A stretch of DNA of 64,000 bases from positions 89,404,001-89,468,000 of the forward strand of contig NC_043001.1 of assembly GCF_006345805.1 (NCBI RefSeq), read 5' to 3'. The DNA is from Octopus sinensis (Eukaryota). Below, in pieces: positions 61,563-64,000 of the stretch (the first letter of the stretch is position 1; every line of letters starts with the position of its first letter). A program made the position numbers and the translations under genes. Under the pieces are notes generated by a model. It made no database searches and had not been told where the DNA came from. It was given only the letters and a program-made list of their open reading frames with translations.

Positions 61563-62628
61563 CTATCAATGAGACAAAGAAAATTGGAAATATAACAACA
61601 ACATAAACAATAATTGCTTCTAACATAGGTACAAGGCCTAAAATGTGGATCCTGTTGGAGTGTGGGGTATATAGCTGATTACATTGATCCCAGTAACTAA
61701 CTAGTACTTACCCTGGAGGGATGAAAGGCAAAGTTGATCCCAGCTGAATTTGAATTCAAAACCTAAAGTACTGGTACAAATGCTGCAAGATATTTTTTCT
61801 TGTACTCTAATGATTCTGCTGGCCCACCATCTTAACAACAAAGATGGCTTTCAATAGTACTGGTGCTACATAAAGCACTCTGTACGAAAAGTGATTGGTA
61901 ATCAATTCAAGCTGTGACAATAAAGAGCCTGAGAAGGCTCTTTAGGCTTACTGATGGCAAGGTGACCTCTATAGTGTTGGTATCAAGAAAAAAATATGTA
62001 CCTGATACATTCTGTAAAATAGTTGGTGTTAGGAAGGGGATCCAGCCTTAGAAACCATGCAAAAAAAAAAAACATTTGAGCAAGATGTGGACCTCCAATC
62101 CATTGAGTCTTGTTAAACCATCCTACCTATGCCAAAATGGGAATTTGAAGGAAAATAACTGCAATGAATAGGTGTTTTGTCTATGGGAAGATTTATGTTT
62201 CATCTGTGAATTACCATAGAATCAGAGATAAGAAATGGCTCTGAAAGGTCCTTTGGACTTCATCTACAAAGATACTATCATTTCATTGCACAACTGCAAG
62301 GCTTGTAGTGCAAGATGTTTTATAAAGGTGATGATGATAAGATGAAAGTGATAACGAAAGTAGTAATAATGATGATGACAAGTACTACATAATCCAGTGT
62401 GACTTTTTGTTTCATTTTTTAAGATAGTATTGTTTGGATCAATGTGGCTGCTATTTCTAGTTTGGTTAATTTAAGATGTAGAGGCTACATCATGGGCTCA
62501 AGTGATGTTGCTGTTATTGATAACAATGACAATGGTGGTAATGATAATGATGAAAGTTGTGTCATGAGAGAGAGAGAGAGACAGAGAGAGAGGGAGAGAG
62601 AGAGAGCAGAGCAATCAATGTGGCTCAC

Positions 62629-62731
62629 CTTCCGCTCCTTGTAGTTGATAATGAGGATGATGATGCAGCGACAGAAGGTACATATGAGCCAAAAACGGAG
62701 TCTTCTTCCTTGTTCTTTCCCTGCTCTGATG
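62629..62731 (-). CDS. FBF1: FBF1 homologue coding exon
   Basis: ctgccag acceptor, SEQGKNKEEDSVFGSYVPSVAASSSSLSTTRSG (FGxYxPxV motif recalled from FBF1 proteins), gtgagc donor. 103 nt, phase 1-2. Missed by the ORF track. Confidence 0.82.
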
Positions 62732-62795
62732 CTGGCAGTAATAATGAGAGAACATTAATATAATAGGCCAGCCATAATGAGAAAACATTAATATT

Positions 62796-63072
62796 ATTGC
62801 AGTGTTGGAAGTTGTTTATAAGCCGTTTAAGAAAAACACAAAATCTGTTAGATTCACTTCAACATTTAATTTGTCAAAATATTTTCGTCGCTTTGAGACC
62901 ACAACCTGTTCATTGAGAAAATTCTGTGATGCAGCATGGAATTTTCTCAGTGAACAGGTCGTGATCTCAAAGCGATGGTAATATTTTGACAAATTAAATT
63001 TAAATGTTGAAGTGAACCTAACGGATTTTGTGTTTTTCTTAAATGGCTTATAAACACCTTCCACACTGCAAT
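62796..63072. mobile_element. Palindromic MITE-like element (~130-bp arms, 14-nt loop) in FBF1 intron
   Basis: 62796-62924 pairs with 62939-63072. Mismatches are mostly transitions. Confidence 0.85.
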
Positions 63073-63623
63073 TGTTTTCATTCCAGCACACGATCTCAGA
63101 TCAGGTCACTTGCTATGCAAGTACATCTCTGTAATTAATATTATTATTATTTTAATATTGTTAAGGCAGCAAAACTAGCAGTCGTTTCCATTGTGTATAA
63201 GTGACTTAGATCACTGTATTCCCCTGAACAGGACACCAGTCTGTCACAGGGTTATTCATTTACAGTTGAGTGGACTGGAAACAAAGTGTTTTACACTAGT
63301 ACATAACACACCACCCAGTCCAGGAATCAAAACCATGATCTTGTTTGCAATCCTGAATGCAACACCCTAACCACTGGGCTATGTGCTTTCACCAAGATGT
63401 AAGGAGGTGAAACAAATACTGCAAAGTATTTTGATCAACATTCTAATGAATTTGAACAACAACAATACCCCACCCCTATCTCACTATCCTCTTATCAGTA
63501 AGGTTGATAAGAAATCTAATCAATAGCAATTAACTGATAATAAAGCATTGATTACTGTTGTTCAAGCTAGCAGAATAAAAGATAATTAATTATACACAAA
63601 CTTACAATTAGTAATATGTTTAC

Positions 63624-63818
63624 CCTTCAAAAGATCATCAACCAGGGATTTTTTGTCGTTAGAACCGCCAAAAGTTTCAGTTGGGGAAGATCTTCCAAAA
63701 AGATAATCAAGATTAGATTTTGAAGATTGAGTATTTTCTTGTGGACTGTCATTTAGACCAAGCTCATCAAATATATCATCTTCATTGTTAAATGTCACAG
63801 CCTTTTTGGTAGCAGGTC
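63624..63818 (-). CDS. FBF1: FBF1 homologue, first coding exon inside the window (gene continues upstream beyond 64000)
   Basis: ttttctag acceptor, PATKKAVTFNNEDDIFDELGLNDSPQ...VDDLLK, GT donor at 63623. An alternative same-phase donor lies at 63605. Confidence 0.8.
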
Positions 63819-64000
63819 CTAGAAAAGTTTGAAAAAACAAAAAAATGTTTACTGGATATTTCAATTATTGTTGCATGAACTGAATTAGTTGAATACTAAC
63901 CAAATACTTGTTGGTATAAAATACACTCGAAAATTAGTAACCCTTGTAGTGTATTCCCTCGATTTTAGGGGCTGAGCTCCAGCTTTTGTTGTTAATACTG

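Overview
AT-rich, microsatellite-dense eukaryotic (metazoan) genomic DNA. The SINE/LINE complement looks like an octopus or other coleoid cephalopod, which is an inference. Two convergent spliced genes were assembled by hand from GT-AG boundaries with consistent phases. (1) On +, a complete 7-exon alpha-arrestin / arrestin-domain-containing gene (CDS 8129..33196, 1365 nt, 454 aa, C-terminal PPSY motif). (2) On -, the 3' 11 coding exons of an FBF1 (Fas-binding factor 1, ciliary transition-fibre protein) homologue (63818..39464, about 939 codons; the 5' end lies beyond the window). Introns and intergenic DNA are packed with TEs: three long copies of an RTE-clade LINE of different ages whose ORF2 carries a C4HC3 PHD-like finger inside the RT, many RTE 3'-tail fragments, Tc1, mariner and maT (DD37D) relics, two Helitrons (one carrying a LINE ORF1 5' fragment), a HINE-like element, two long foldback elements and at least three tRNA-derived SINE families. 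The most unusual signal is the RTE 3' UTR. It is built from a repeated ~62-nt hairpin plus H-type-pseudoknot-like module, expanded in the youngest copy into a 2.3-kb nested array of about 23 modules that sits inside a candidate 7-bp TSD. A separate ~160-bp tandem array appears to derive from the arrestin stop-codon region. No CRISPR arrays, rRNA genes or bona fide tRNA genes were seen.
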